Shown: piece after piece, positions 37,344 through 50,900 of the stretch
Layout: every line of letters begins with the position of its first letter
Position numbering within the stretch: the stretch's first letter is position 1
Assembly: GCA_002633005.1 (NCBI GenBank)
Contig: NMRA01000573.1
Location: 62,001 to 126,000 of the forward strand
Direction: 5' to 3'
DNA: 64,000 nt
DNA from: Phoronis australis
Lineage: Eukaryota; Animalia; Phoronida
Program-made: the position numbers and the translations under genes
Notes under the pieces: generated by a model
Databases searched by the model: none
What the model was told of the DNA's origin: nothing
What the model saw: the letters and a program-made list of their open reading frames with translations, nothing else

Positions 37344-39180
37344 GGTGATTGCCAAAATTGCTTTGAAAACAACTTCTCCCGAATGCCTCTATATCTTGGG
37401 TCACTGTATGCCTTTAAGTAATTGCGCTGATATGCCTTGAACTGTACTCCAATAGTCTACCTGTAGTCACGAATGATGTTGACTCCTCGGTAAGCCGACT
37501 TTATGAAGTCAACGCGAACCCAGCTGTGACGTATTCGAGTATGTTTCCTATTAAGTTCACAACTACCGGAACTCCAATAACCGACATGCTGTGCGCTGAT
37601 AATGTTGACGCATCGGACGTCAACTGAGTGAGCGGCGCCCCCAAGCCGCCGCCGCGGTACTCAAATAAAATGTCCCTTTTTAAGCGACCGTTTCATCTTC
37701 CAATCCGATGATGACCATAATAAAAATGTTCCTCCACAAAATATCGGCGACTGTCTAAGAATTCGAACTTACCGAGCGCTTGCATGCAAGAGGCATCCAA
37801 GGTTAATCGAAAGAATGCGAGTGGGCATTTTGTGTACTCCTATTAAAATCGCAGTTAATATACTCTACTGGGTGAAAAACATGGGAAAGGCATTCAGTGC
37901 GCCTTATTTTCTTGGAATATTCATCTCAGTGGCTAATGTTCCAAGAATGCTAATTTTTAATATTGTTACAAATTTTCAGATTGCTACGCGTAGACCGCAG
38001 GTAATTTCTCACGTGAAGGGAATCATATGGCTTTGTTTTAACTAACTTGATTGAGGGAAAAATTTTGTTAGGCAATGACGATTTCATTCAAGCATCTTTT
38101 GTAGAATTCTCCTACGAGGCGTCCACTGTAATATAGAGCACCAGTGCATTTTTTTATAGAATCTGAACGGTGAACTCTTTTAAGAGGTTGTAAGGGCTCG
38201 CTTCTAAGGAGATGATATAAACAAACCGTCCTTCGTGAAGGTATGTACCAATAACAGAATACTTTTTGCAGGGGTTCTATTCATTACTAAGAGAAGTTTG
38301 TTGCATATGTGAACTATTTTCTACTAGAGTTCATAACCTAAAAAGTGAACCCTTTCTCAAGTAAGTCGGAAAATGCCTTTTCCCTGCGTCGGGAAACTGA
38401 CTGTAAAAACATCTTAGCGGTTACGCCATTTGGGCAAGTACATGTACGACATGCTGCGTGCACAACAGGAGAAGCTGGTTGCCAGGTGATGTTCCCAAAT
38501 TCATGAACAACACCACAGTGTTCCAAATATTATGTTTCTTTTATACATGTCATAAGCGGGACCTTCTGAAAACTGGGCCGTGAACCTCACGGGGACATGC
38601 TATCCGCTGTTTATACTAATTCAACACTCATGATTAACCATAGCCAAACATGAAAACCATATGTCTGTGCACTCTCACGGCTGCTAGTACAGATACCCCG
38701 GGATAGGTACAACATCAAAAGAGATTTTTAGAAGGCCTATAAATGAAATGTACGGTGTGTTGTCTTCGCTTCAAAAGTTAAGAACTTCCAGTTTCGTCCT
38801 TTTACCATAGTATACACAGGCAAGCTGAACATAACATTATATCATAGATTGAAATTTCATATGAATTTATATATTAAACTGTTTTTTATGAATTCATACG
38901 AATGGTATGATGATATAAATGATTGATAAGAATCTATATTAACGCCTGAAATAAATTTTCAAGCACGTTTTATCATCAGTATTCTTAATTTATGATTATT
39001 TCTTATCACTGAGTACTGACAACTGACAAAAGAGATTTTCCATGAATAATAATAACAATATGAATGATGATCATTTACCATTAACTGCTTACAAAAGTAC
39101 ATTATTTCTGATTTCCAAATAGAAATATTCATTCTCAACGAATTGCCGAAATGGTCGCAAGTCGGCGGTCCTGGAACATT

Positions 39181-39307
39181 ATCAAATATAACAGAAAAAT
39201 CAGGAACCCCAACTAGGAATCGTGGCCACAGATTTCTACATTGCCGCTCTAGTGCTCAATCTACAGACCTGTAGTTGGGGTTCCTGATTTTTCTGTGTGT
39301 ACTTGAT
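39181..39307. repeat. Inverted repeat / small MITE with perfect 25-bp arms
   Basis: ACAGAAAAATCAGGAACCCCAACTA (39191-39215) and its exact reverse complement (39272-39296). Confidence 0.85.
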
Positions 39308-40304
39308 TTATTTCATTATTGGCCAACACCAGCGTCTACATGTACATTCACTGTGTCTTGGAACCTTGCCGTTCACAAATAATTTGGTTTGAAAAAAGTG
39401 TCATGGCGTGATTGAGAACCGTGTTGTCACAATCGCCACAAACACAGTGCCTTGCCGCGGTCAAAATTTCGTGAAAAACTGGGAATATGTTGAGCAACCA
39501 ATCCACAACCACACACAGACGATGGAAAGTCGAGGCGCGAGGAATTAGTCGACTACTGCGTTTCTTGGGACAGCCAGGACTGTACTAAGATGAATTTGAT
39601 GATGAAGTGTCTGGCACTATTATAACGTCTGCTTGCACCCGAAAATAGGTAAAATACAAATGCACAGTCACATTCTAAGGATCTTGGATATTTGTCCTAT
39701 CGAGGTAATCACTGGAGCGTTTTAGTACTTATAACTTTTACAAAATTGTGTATTTGGAATAATTGGTGTGCGCGGAAAACGTTTACACTCCCTCGATTCG
39801 CTTGCCTAAGAGCTGAGTGCCCCAGACTAAGTTGACCAGTCCTAATCCGGTGTTGATTTTCAAGGTGCTTCGTGATTTAAAGAGAAACATAAAAACTGCT
39901 CGAATTACATTTTTGATTTTGGCATTTGACATTTTTCGATTTGGTCCAAACCGATTTAATTTCCACCTTAACAACGAGACATCGGCTTATTAGCTGTTTA
40001 TGGCTGTGCTTCAACCATCTTAGTGTACGTGGGCTACATTACTCGTTCCCAAGTCTGATTTCACATTAAAACTTTGTTTAATATGGAATTCCAAAACGAA
40101 AAAGTAAACACGTATTTAAAATCCAAAATCATGATAATGTTAACATCAACATTTAAATGTTGATAAAATTTTGAAAACCTTGTCAACATTTTATTTTATT
40201 ATGATCCTGGAATGTAAATCTATGTTTAATGTTTCCGTTGTGGCATTTTCTTACGGCGGCGAAAATCAAGTCATAACATTGTATTTTCTCTTCAAGACCA
40301 CGAC

Positions 40305-40445
40305 GAATTCGCCAAGAATTAAATTCTTGCCCATGTTTTTGAAAATCTTGCCAATGCTGTACCCTTGAAATCTTGCCAATAATTTCTTAAACCGTTCTTG
40401 ACAAATATCTTGCCAATATTTTTACATAATTTTGCCAAGATTTCT
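40305..40445. repeat. Cluster of short TCTTGCCAA-like direct repeats (probable transposon subterminal relic)
   Basis: About six degenerate copies of (AAA)TCTTGCCAA within ~140 bp. Confidence 0.55.
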
Positions 40446-43040
40446 AAAAAAATATTGCTAACGTTTAAAAATCAAGATTTCGAAAATTTTCAAAAATCTC
40501 ATCACGATATTTGGAAAGTCTTCATGGGATTATCGTGGTCATGCAATTAGAATACGGTCTTCATGTTTCGCCGCTTTAGCATTTCTTGCTTATTAAAACC
40601 CCTTAAAATGGTTTATATCATTGGTGGATTCCAACTCTAAGGAAGTTTTGTCCCCTGTAATTTGAAATGCCTTATCAAAATGTTTTCAATATAACTATTT
40701 GTAAATTGAAATATAAGAACAAAACTCACAACATGTAAGCTTGTGATCATTGACAAATTGAAGTACTGGAATAGAACTTTCTATATGCATTTGGGCACAT
40801 ATGAATTTGAAATTCAAACGCTACGCGAAGATTTCCGTGAGAACCACTGGGCAAATATTCGGCACGTAGCACTTTGGGACCAAAAAATCAAATGTTATTT
40901 ATATTTTTCAAATCATCAGTCAAATGTAGGAATTGTAACATCCGGGTGAGTGTTTTAATGCTGTCTCTGACCCTTGTCAGACCAGTTTTCATCATGAATT
41001 TGAATCTGTCTGGATATGAGTCGATATTGCCTTGTCACCAACAATGGATTTGTGTCACGGAGACGTCAGTTAAGTTTGTTCACACCAACTATTCGCCGTT
41101 AGCGCGCAGCGGCCGGTCAGCGTCAGGTTATGGATCTGACGTCACACGACGTCCACAAAATGTTGACGTTGATGCTCAAATTGTCAAATCTGTACTCCGA
41201 TCTACCGTGCGTGTAGTTAGTCATAAATTATATGGCCTATTAGGTCGGAGCCTAACCATATTCCGGAAATCTTGGATTGTTGCATGACGTCATTAAGAAG
41301 AGAACAGGTTTGCGATTTAGTAAAGGACATCTGAAAGAAAACTGCAGCACCGAAAAGAAATAGCAAAACACCAAGCTTGCGCAGCAAGCCTGCTCACCAA
41401 GCCCGAGCATCTCCCACTTTGAGATTCTGTTCTCTGAGTTGGCTTATCAGATAGTGAATGTGTAATAATAACAGATATCACTGGATTCGGAGATTGAACG
41501 AATCGCCCACTGAATGAGATATCTTGTGAGCGCTCGTTCAAACAAATGACAGTTCTCAAAATTTCTATCTTTTTTCGAAAGAGCGCACTAACATTCTTTT
41601 TTGAAAGTTAAACACTGAATGAAAGATTTAAAAAACACTTTTCTGTCGTACACCTTCATTTAAAACGCCCCGATTTACATTGTTTACGGTGAAGCAGGCC
41701 GACATCGCAGGCATTACAGCATATGTCAACGCACATGCAGTTGGCGATTTAAGTAAAATCAGATTGGCTCCGTCAGTCTGAAATTTCTTAGCATGAAACC
41801 GGCATTTGCTTATTGTGTTTATACTTTGATATATTGTGAGGTGAGATATGCAGACGGAAATGCATGAAAAAATATGTCACCGAAACTATAACAAGTGCTG
41901 TATTAAATATTTCTGTAGACACGTGCAGAAGTCAAGCAAACTCATGTTCTAAAAATTATTAAATGTGAAAGGGGTTTATGCTACGTGCATGGGAGGAATT
42001 ACAACATGTTTTTAAATGGCGACACTCCAGAAAATGTCTGCTTAAAAATACAAAGAAAATATATGTGTAACATTGTGTAACATCAAAATTTGCCAAAAAA
42101 ATCGTCCTGTGGCCTGTAGCAAGAAATAGTCCCAAATAGAGACTCAACTAAGTTTCCTCTTTTGTGTATTTGTTTCGTTCTTTACTCACACATGTAATAT
42201 ATTTTCTATCATTTTGACTTGATTATGAGGTCCTCTTTGGCTGATATCACTAAAACTGAACCCTTAATTCAATCAAAATATTTAGGGAATTAGGGACATT
42301 GCATAAAAAGATCTCTATTTATTTTCAACAATATTGAGAATTCAACGTAGAGTCCATCCTCAGTTTGTATCAAAGCTAAAAATTGGCAGAGTAATTATAG
42401 TACTCAAATAGGATAAGAAGGGACAATCAGTGTTCCGACAAGCTCTCAAATTTGCAGGAACTTTAGGGAACGTAGTTTAGTCCCTATTTAGGAATGTTTC
42501 ATATAACTGGGTGCTCTTTCAGTCTGTTATCTGGTAGTGCGAGATTTTTATTTACATGCGTCACGTGATTCCGCAATTGTACAACACAATTAGTTTTTTT
42601 CTATATGGATGTCAAGAACTCAACCCAAATGAAAATAAGGTTTTATTCGAAATAATAACAAAATTTCTTTATAATATTAAATTTCTTTGTGTGAATGGAT
42701 AGAATTGTGTGCATGTGTGTGAAAATAATTTATTTACATATGATATGTCATTGTAATCTTAACATCAGTTTTTTAATTTATGTATATGTGTATAATAATT
42801 GTTGATAGATTTCTTTGTTCTTATTTAACCCATATATAATGCTTCTTGGTTCTGTCTGGGTTATGTATATTCATTGTATTGAAGGTTTCGTAATGGACAT
42901 TAAAAAAACGTGATTCCAATCCCACGAGCTGCACGTGCTCATTCATGTAAAGACCCGGAGGAAAGCGTCTGGCGTTTTGCTGTTGAGACAACTTGGCGTG
43001 AACGTTCGTTTTACAGCCGTTTGGTATATGTGACATTAAA

Positions 43041-43544
43041 ATGTCCAAACCAAGAGTTTATTTTGACATGAAAGTTGGAGGAAACTTCATTGGTAGAATA
43101 GTCATGGAGCTTCGTTCGGATGCCGTCCCCAAAACGGCAGAGAACTTTCGTGCATTGTGCACAGGAGAAAAGGGCTTTGGATACAAAGGAAGTACTTTTC
43201 ATCGTGTCATACCTGGTTTTATGTGCCAAGGAGGAGACTTCACCAACCATAACGGGACGGGTGGAAAGAGCATCTACGGTTCAAAATTTGAAGACGAAAA
43301 CTTCAGTCTAAAGCACACAGCGCCAGGCACTCTGTCGATGGCTAACGCTGGTCCTGGAACAAACGGCTCACAGTTTTTTATCTGCACAGTCAAGACTCCA
43401 TGGTTGGATGGCAAACACGTGGTGTTTGGATCGGTTGTCGAAGGAATGGATGTGGTGACAAAGATTGAGGAAGTTGGAAGTAAAAATGGAACTACGTCAC
43501 AGAAGGTGGAAGTTGTAGACTGTGGGGAACTAAGAACCTCATAA
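43041..43544 (+). CDS. PPIA: Peptidyl-prolyl cis-trans isomerase, cyclophilin A type (coding region on a single exon)
   Basis: 167-aa ORF with cyclophilin signatures: [69 protein letters not shown]. Exact orthology (PPIA vs PPIF-like) cannot be fixed by eye. Confidence 0.95.
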   Translation: MSKPRVYFDMKVGGNFIGRIVMELRSDAVPKTAENFRALCTGEKGFGYKGSTFHRVIPGFMCQGGDFTNHNGTGGKSIYGSKFEDENFSLKHTAPGTLSMANAGPGTNGSQFFICTVKTPWLDGKHVVFGSVVEGMDVVTKIEEVGSKNGTTSQKVEVVDCGELRTS

Positions 43545-46500
43545 ATAGTGTTCACGAACGTTTTCACAGTTGATTAAGTCTTCGAAAGATAACGTTGCAT
43601 GTGTTGTTGCATCTCCAAACAAGCGACCTGGCTCGTTCAAGAATTGATCTTTCGTTTTTAAGTTGTGTACAGTAAAGTCACGTAAAACTTGTTGACGTGG
43701 ACTGCCTTTGTTGAAATTGGCCCTACTAGTTTAAAATTTTTGTTAATACAACTTAAATTAAGGTTATAGGCTTTCAAATATAATTTCACCTAATGCATTG
43801 GGTGTTCTTTTGTTCTGAAGTAGAAAACTAAGTAGCTTAATGTTTAGGGATTATCTAATACAATATATGTGCTGCACTTGGTTAACGCATAGACATATTA
43901 GAGCCTAGTTCAGGACTAGGAAAGCACTGTACTCGTTGTTGGTTCTTTGATCACGGTAAACCAAGATCTGATTGTGACTCAGTTTTAGTCTCCCGTTGAC
44001 CTGAGTTTAAGAATCACTGGGTGTCAATAAAAAATTGATGCGTCCATGGCCTGGGACGAGGTACAAGATGTGGCGCAAAACTTTATGCATGTATTTTGGC
44101 GCTCGTCAGCATACATGTAGCTAGTAAGCAATTGTAATGTTTGGGTGCTAAAAACATCAACTTCTGGCAGGGTTTTTGAGTCTTCCAAAGCAATGTCACC
44201 GTGTTCTTATCCTTTATTCGGTTTATTGATAGGATCATTCCGATCTCTTCGCGGCGTGTGCCCTTGTCTGTCACTTATGACTTTGTCTCAAAATTTGGAA
44301 AACACTTCTTTTAGCTACTATGCGCATGTGTCTACTTGATTGAATACGACAGGTGAACTAATTCATATATTTCGAAAAAATACATGCCAGTGGACTGAAA
44401 GCGTGAAAAAGTTGTAGCATGGATTTATCTAGCCTTGGTACAAAGCTGTATGGGCCTACTGAAATATACAGGTTTGCGCCGATGTGGGTAAAAAAGTGGG
44501 CAAGATAAAATCTGACACAAAATTAGTGTCATTAAAAAGTGCAGTCTTCCTTGGGTAAACTAAATTATTTAACGGTGTTGGAAAAAATGGCGTTCTACCG
44601 TTATTCTGTTGGTAAAGTTGTGGAGCGATCTTCCGCGTCGGCTTTCGGCGCCATGAAATATTGCGTCACCTATTGGCCACTAGTTTCTTTTTTCGCCGAT
44701 TCTTCAATTAACTGTCGTTCTTTAACGAGTCTGCGTACACGTCACAACAAATTATCGTAACAGGTTTCACTTCATAATAAGTTTTTAGAATTTTGTTACC
44801 GAAAAACCGAATTTCAGAAGAAATTTTGCTGCTGCCAAGCTATCATCATCTCCCGAGAGATGTTGCAAAATTTTAGGAAATGGCGCGTGCGCGTGTCACG
44901 AGAGTACTGTTTTCAAAACGACGACATAACTTTCTTTGTTAGGAAAGGCGCAGGATTACGTAAGAAAATGACGTTTATTAGATTGTTTTCCACTTAAACG
45001 GCTGTAACGGGCAAGGGGAGTGTCGCTTGATTCCTAGATTTTGCATGCATCCGTCCGGTCGTTAGCTCTACATGTTGATACAGGTTTCACGGCGAGTTGA
45101 CGAGCAGAACTACCCTGGCTGTGTGCAATTTCGAGGTCTATGGAAGAAAAACACTCAGTGACCTAGCTGTGACGACAGTCTTCATACAGCTAGCAGGCTG
45201 CCGGATTTATAATGGAAAAATGAATGTGGGTAAAATTCATCAGCAATAAAAGTCATTTGGAATCATGGTCGCGTGTCAGTCATGCGTATTACGACTAATC
45301 ATTGAAAAAAGTCACGCACACTTTTTGTAGAACTCATTAACTCTGGAAATGAAAATTATCTCTCAATTCGCAGATAATTAAAACACTGAGTGGGAATCAT
45401 GGCAAAAACGAGTCTAAACTGTTCGGATCGTGAGCGCAGCCTCATATTTAAGGGCAAAAAAGTTATCAAATTTTGAAAAAACGACAGCTTTGAACTGACC
45501 GGGTTGTCTCCTCCCGGACCACGATATCCGGTAAAGTCAGAGACCCTGGAACCAAGTTCGGTCACGGGCACAGACATTAGAGACACGGCAATATGCCATT
45601 GAACATGAGAGTAGATGAAGGCGAAACCCTCGGGCAGCTTCCCAAGATCGGACGATCTCGCCTTCTGTCCTTGCTGTACTTGGTGTGGACGTGGATCGAG
45701 TGGCAGGACCTGGTTGGAAGGCGCTGATGTTCTTGCTCTTGTGGAAATGATACGCTGGCTGGACGGCAACACCGTTGTTGACTTTCTTGGGTATCTAGCT
45801 GGCTTAATGGCAACAGCTTTCATGTTGTTCCAGGTTGTCTTAGTTTAAATTGACTTGTTTTGGTATCAGAATTAAGTCGTGTAGATTAGGAACTGGTATT
45901 CGAAAATGTAGGGATTAGAAACCCCAGCACAAATGTTGCTACTGGTAACATTCTGAATTTATGTACACCAGTCCAACGTTTCGACGAAGTTCATCATTCT
46001 CTAGAAGTTCACCAAATCCAACAATAGACCGGATCATAAGTAACAAAATCATTTGAACCAAAACTCACTTGTAAAGCAGTCACACACAAAGGTCAAAGCT
46101 ATTCCCAAAGGATGAGCTCAACTGACCCCAGCTTGTCATTCCGCGACTAAGCCCTAGCATTTAGATCAACAGTTGCAAGGCGCTCTCCTTAATAGTAAAG
46201 CTGAACTTATTGACATCATTTTGACGAAATGTAGGATTAGCATATTCTATTGCATGGCCTGTTACAGAGGGCAATAATAAAAACTGTGCCTTGTTTCATT
46301 ATGGTAACGACAATGTTGTGGAAGTTTCCCAGGGAGTTCCCGGCCGTGTCGACTTGAAGTGTGTGCAAATACCTATGATTTACATTACCAGAGGAGCAAA
46401 ATGGCATGATATATATGTTGAATATTGTCTAAGGTGATGACAAAATGAAATTAGAGCGGAACAAATGTGGTCACCAGGAGGAGTGTCGCCCGAGTAGCCA

Positions 46501-47923
46501 GACCTCGGGGAAATCGGGTGTTCGTCCGCAGCGATGATATTCAAGTGCCATACTCATAGTACATAAAGTCTCGCCTAAACTAGATTTTTGCGAAAATGTA
46601 ATGGTAAGTGCTTCTCGGATGGTTTTCGACACACTGGAGAACCTGGGAATGTTTGTAAATTAGTCCTTTATTTGCTTGTTCTCAATTTAGTGAGCGGCCT
46701 ATGCATCTTTAACTAAGGTTATAGATACATTCATAAAAATAAGCATTGTTATTCCGAAATTTCGATATGTCGCATGTGTCTTGCAAAGTTGGCAGATATT
46801 TTACTGAAATGTGTAAGAAAAAGCAACATTTGCAAGATTGTGTCAGAAAAATCAAAGGTGCCTTAGTGCATATCTAGGGGTAGACCAAGCACGCACAAAG
46901 TTTCAGGAAATCTGTGACTGTCGATGCAGAACCATCCGTAGGGCTTTCAAAAATTCCTACTTAAAACATCCAATCGCTATATTATTCATTTTGTATAATT
47001 TATTTATTGTTTTTATTATTGTTATATTGTTACATGTGTATTTTTATAAATTTAGGATTACTTAATCACTATTTAGGCCCTTTTATTATTATTTTGTTTT
47101 TCGCCTATTTAAAATGACAGTGTGGTCGCATTGAACATCCTAACTGTCGCTCTTCGTTAATCTAATTATATTACTGATAGTAATGAACACACGGTAAAGT
47201 AGTGGGCGAATTGCGTTGTCGCTTTAGTGTTTACACTGAATAACTCAGTTGACCAGCTCCCACACAGGCGGATCCTGGCAGTATACTGAGGGGGGTTCCG
47301 GAGATTCAAACCCCGGGGACAGGATCAAAAATAAAAATTGAAAAAAAAATCGCCAGAAAAACTACTACAAACCATAAAAAGATCTTACACGGGAGTTGGG
47401 AAACCCTCTCCCGACCTTCCTTCCCCTCAGCGCTACGCGCCTCGGATTCGCTCAAATCCTAAACCCCCTTCAGATCGACTGCCACATGATGTGGTAATAA
47501 TCGACACGACTGCTGCAGCATTATTTATGCGTCCAAGATTTTCCTTGTCTGTCGAGTATTGTTAAACGGGCTTGACAGATTGTGATGAAATTTCATCATG
47601 GGCGGCGCAGCATTGAAAAAGTTTGGGCTATAGGATGCTCCCGGCTAGCACCAGTTTACTCATTGTTCGTCCTTGCCACGGGCCATGGGTGTTGCAGCGC
47701 AGCCTTTTGGCTACACGGGTAAGTTTTAGTGGATGTTATCTACAGAGTACAGTATAATGTTAAGCTGAAAGCTAAATGTCCAACCAAAACTCAAAACCAG
47801 TAATATATAGCTTTTGGAATTTAAATCGAAATTTCAATTGTGTAATAGGGAAAAAGGAGTAACTCTAACTTGTATTCTCAAAGTAGAATAATAAATCGTG
47901 ACGCTAGTTAGCCTCAACTCAAC

Positions 47924-50900
47924 ATGGCTGCGACCAGCGTAGTTTCGCATGTTATTTTTGACATTGACGGGCTTCTTTTAGGTATGATGGCGTGTTGCTT
48001 AGTTAATGTATTGTGTGCACTAAAACTGTGAACATTAATGCTTGGTTTTGGTAATAAATGATAAATTATCTTTCAGTGTAGCGAAAACAACAATAACTAA
48101 CCCTAGATCAAAAGGACTAGTCTTTAATTTCTTCTTGAGACAGCTATCACAGCCACAGCAGAGGCACCTTTATTGTTTGAAACAGCCGCTCGTATGACAC
48201 TTTAATAGATATAGATTATAGTACATAATGGCGAGTGGCTTTTGAGAGTGCCTGTGCTCTTATCAATCGCTACATGTTAGACATACATCGCCTGAGGTAA
48301 CTGTTTCCAAATACATTGCTTTTTAGCCTTGGCTTAGAGACTTCGAGTATACTAGTTCTAGTACATGTTTTCTCAATGGCCTCCAACTTCGGCGTTGATG
48401 CTTGCCTTGCTACATTGTAGTACTGTACAGTAGCTTGTAGCACAAGCCTCTTAATCAGCTGCTCATATAACACGGTGATAAATAGTTCAGGCAAGTGAAG
48501 AGGAGACAGTGTGGCTCAGTAGTTTGAGCTCCAGACTCCCGTTTGGGAGACCCGGCCTTAATGCCTTAATGGCAGACTATCAAGCATTGCACAAAAATGT
48601 CTCCTACTGCTGTGAGCTTGGTCTTACTAGTGAGTGAGTGAATGTATGCAAGAGAATGAATAAGAACAACTTTGGAATACTCGACTTCGAGTGTGAAGTG
48701 TAAAGAAGAGAAAGAAAGAAGGAAAGACAGGTACTGATACACAACTCAAGACTGATTCAATTTGGAAATTGAAAAGGCAAATTATTTCTGATTAAAGAAA
48801 TTTAGCCTTATAGTTAAAATTACACTTCAAATTGTTAATTAAAGATATAGATGCTAAAACATGTTTAATGTTTGTTTAATGAATACATAACCATTAAGAC
48901 ATGCAAAACCATCTGATGTGGGCAATATGGTTCAAATTCCACAAATCTAACTGATTAGAACCTGTCATTGTTGAAGTGCTCTTGCATCAAATGAAAATAA
49001 CAACATGTGTGGGGACACGAAAGTTAATATCACAACATGTGTATGTGTGTGTGTGTCTCTTGTATTGCTTTTGTGTTTTCAATAAATGTATTAAAAAAGC
49101 GTGCACATGTCCATCCATCATCTGTGTTTTTACTTGACTCAAAGGAACATGCTCATTATATAATGTATGTAAGTCAGCATCGATCCAAACTGCTCTCAAC
49201 ACTGCATGGCTAACCAACCTCAAACACTCGTTTAAATTACCACACCTCTCCGACTAGCGCCCCTGCCAAATGAATGTCACTAAACATTCAACCAATCAGC
49301 TTTCCCTATTAACTATGTTGCGCATGTTGTTGTTTTCACTTGGTGTGAAGCGCGCCCTTTGGAGCAAGTAGCTGTTTTATTGGTGACTGAACTGTGGAAT
49401 TTAAGACATATTGTCTGTATCAGATGGTCTCATTTGAGACATATTATCTGCATCAGATGGTCTCGTTTGTTTTTATTAGTTGTATCTTTATTAAACAAAT
49501 GTTAAATAAAGCATCCATACCTGAGTTTAATTACTGAAAACAAATAATTTTACTGTCCCATTAATTTTAATCTTGCCTGCTGCTTATCAACCACATTGGA
49601 TCACTCTTGAGTGCAGTTGTATTACATGGCGTGCACCCGATGAGAGTGCTTGTGCTTATAGATGGTGGCTCATCGTAGCCATAAGACCTTTAGGTAATAT
49701 GTTAACTTGTGTTTTCTGGAAGATTTTGTGCAAACTACACTTCCTCCTGGCTAAAGCACCAAGGTCTCTTTTCTACCTTTCAAGCTTATGAGGGTGCTTT
49801 TGGGGACAGTAGAGTGTACTGTAGTCATGTTAGTCATCGGTAACCAAGTGCTACAAGTCTGACATTGGGGCTTCAGCACTCCTCATGAGGCTGTGTGTGC
49901 TTTTCGGCTTCTGTGATACTATTATTCGTTGACTCGTTATTTTGAAACAAGTAACTGATGCTGGGAAAGCATCACCACCTCTGGTCGTTCCACACCAGAG
50001 GGCAGTGCAACATACTGCTTGTAGTCATGTAGATGTCTTTAAATATAAATTCCAGCTTTGAATACTCCAGAAATTAAGATTATTTTCCAGATATGCCCCT
50101 TCTTTTGTCCACGGAATTAATAACTGACCTCCATTACTTTCGATGTAATTGAGGTCAAATGAAAAGTCGTACTTAGGGTTATGGGGAAGTCCCCCTTTGT
50201 CATTCACGTCCATAGGAGGCAGCAAAGACTGGATCCTGTCCATTGCCCCATATGTAATTGAGATCATTTCTCAGTTTTGTTGAAAACTGAAGGGACATCA
50301 TTATCAGGAAGAATCTTAATTGCCAGAAAATTTGTTCGAGTTGGAAATATTTAAAGACAACCTCGAAAAATATCCGTCTACGCTCGAAAGGTACTTATAA
50401 CGATTTGATTTTGGTTGTTTGGTCAAACTTGAATATAATTTGAGGAAAATCACCTGACAAAACATGTATTGTGTTGCATCCTGGCCTGTTAACATCAACA
50501 GACGATAGATAGTCAACACTTGACAGCCATCGTCTTGGAGTTCAACAGGGGTAATTTCCAGGTGATTAATGTTCTAGGCAATTCGAAAAATCGCTGACAG
50601 CCACAGTTATGAGCATTGTTCTCTTATAGGTACAGATCACTAACTCAATATACATACTCAACTGCAGTAGTCCTGCTCTCAAATATGGTTCTCCAACTGC
50701 CAAACAGTTTACACCACACCACAATCACAAGACATGGCTTGTGTTCCTAAAAACTTGTGCTGGTATTCACGAATATGGCTCATAGACCAATACATGGGCA
50801 TGGAGTCGAGACATTTTTTTTTAGCTTGGACATGTAGTTTTTGGTGTCTAAGCCATGGTTTGTTGGTATATCACCATGTTTGACCGTCAGGACCCTGTGA

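Noticed and set aside
43120-43567. Overlapping ORFs in other frames and on the other strand at the cyclophilin locus
   Set aside because: Shadows of the real CDS, with no motifs.
45615-45848. Intact SemiSWEET/PQ-loop small transporter
   Set aside because: It has FQ instead of the PQ motif, only one hydrophobic helix in frame, and frameshifted upstream sequence; treated as a pseudogene fragment.
49403-49469. 33-bp two-copy tandem duplication (and a similar short duplication at 51090-51160)
   Set aside because: Ordinary slippage-type duplications in a PUDP intron with no further structure.
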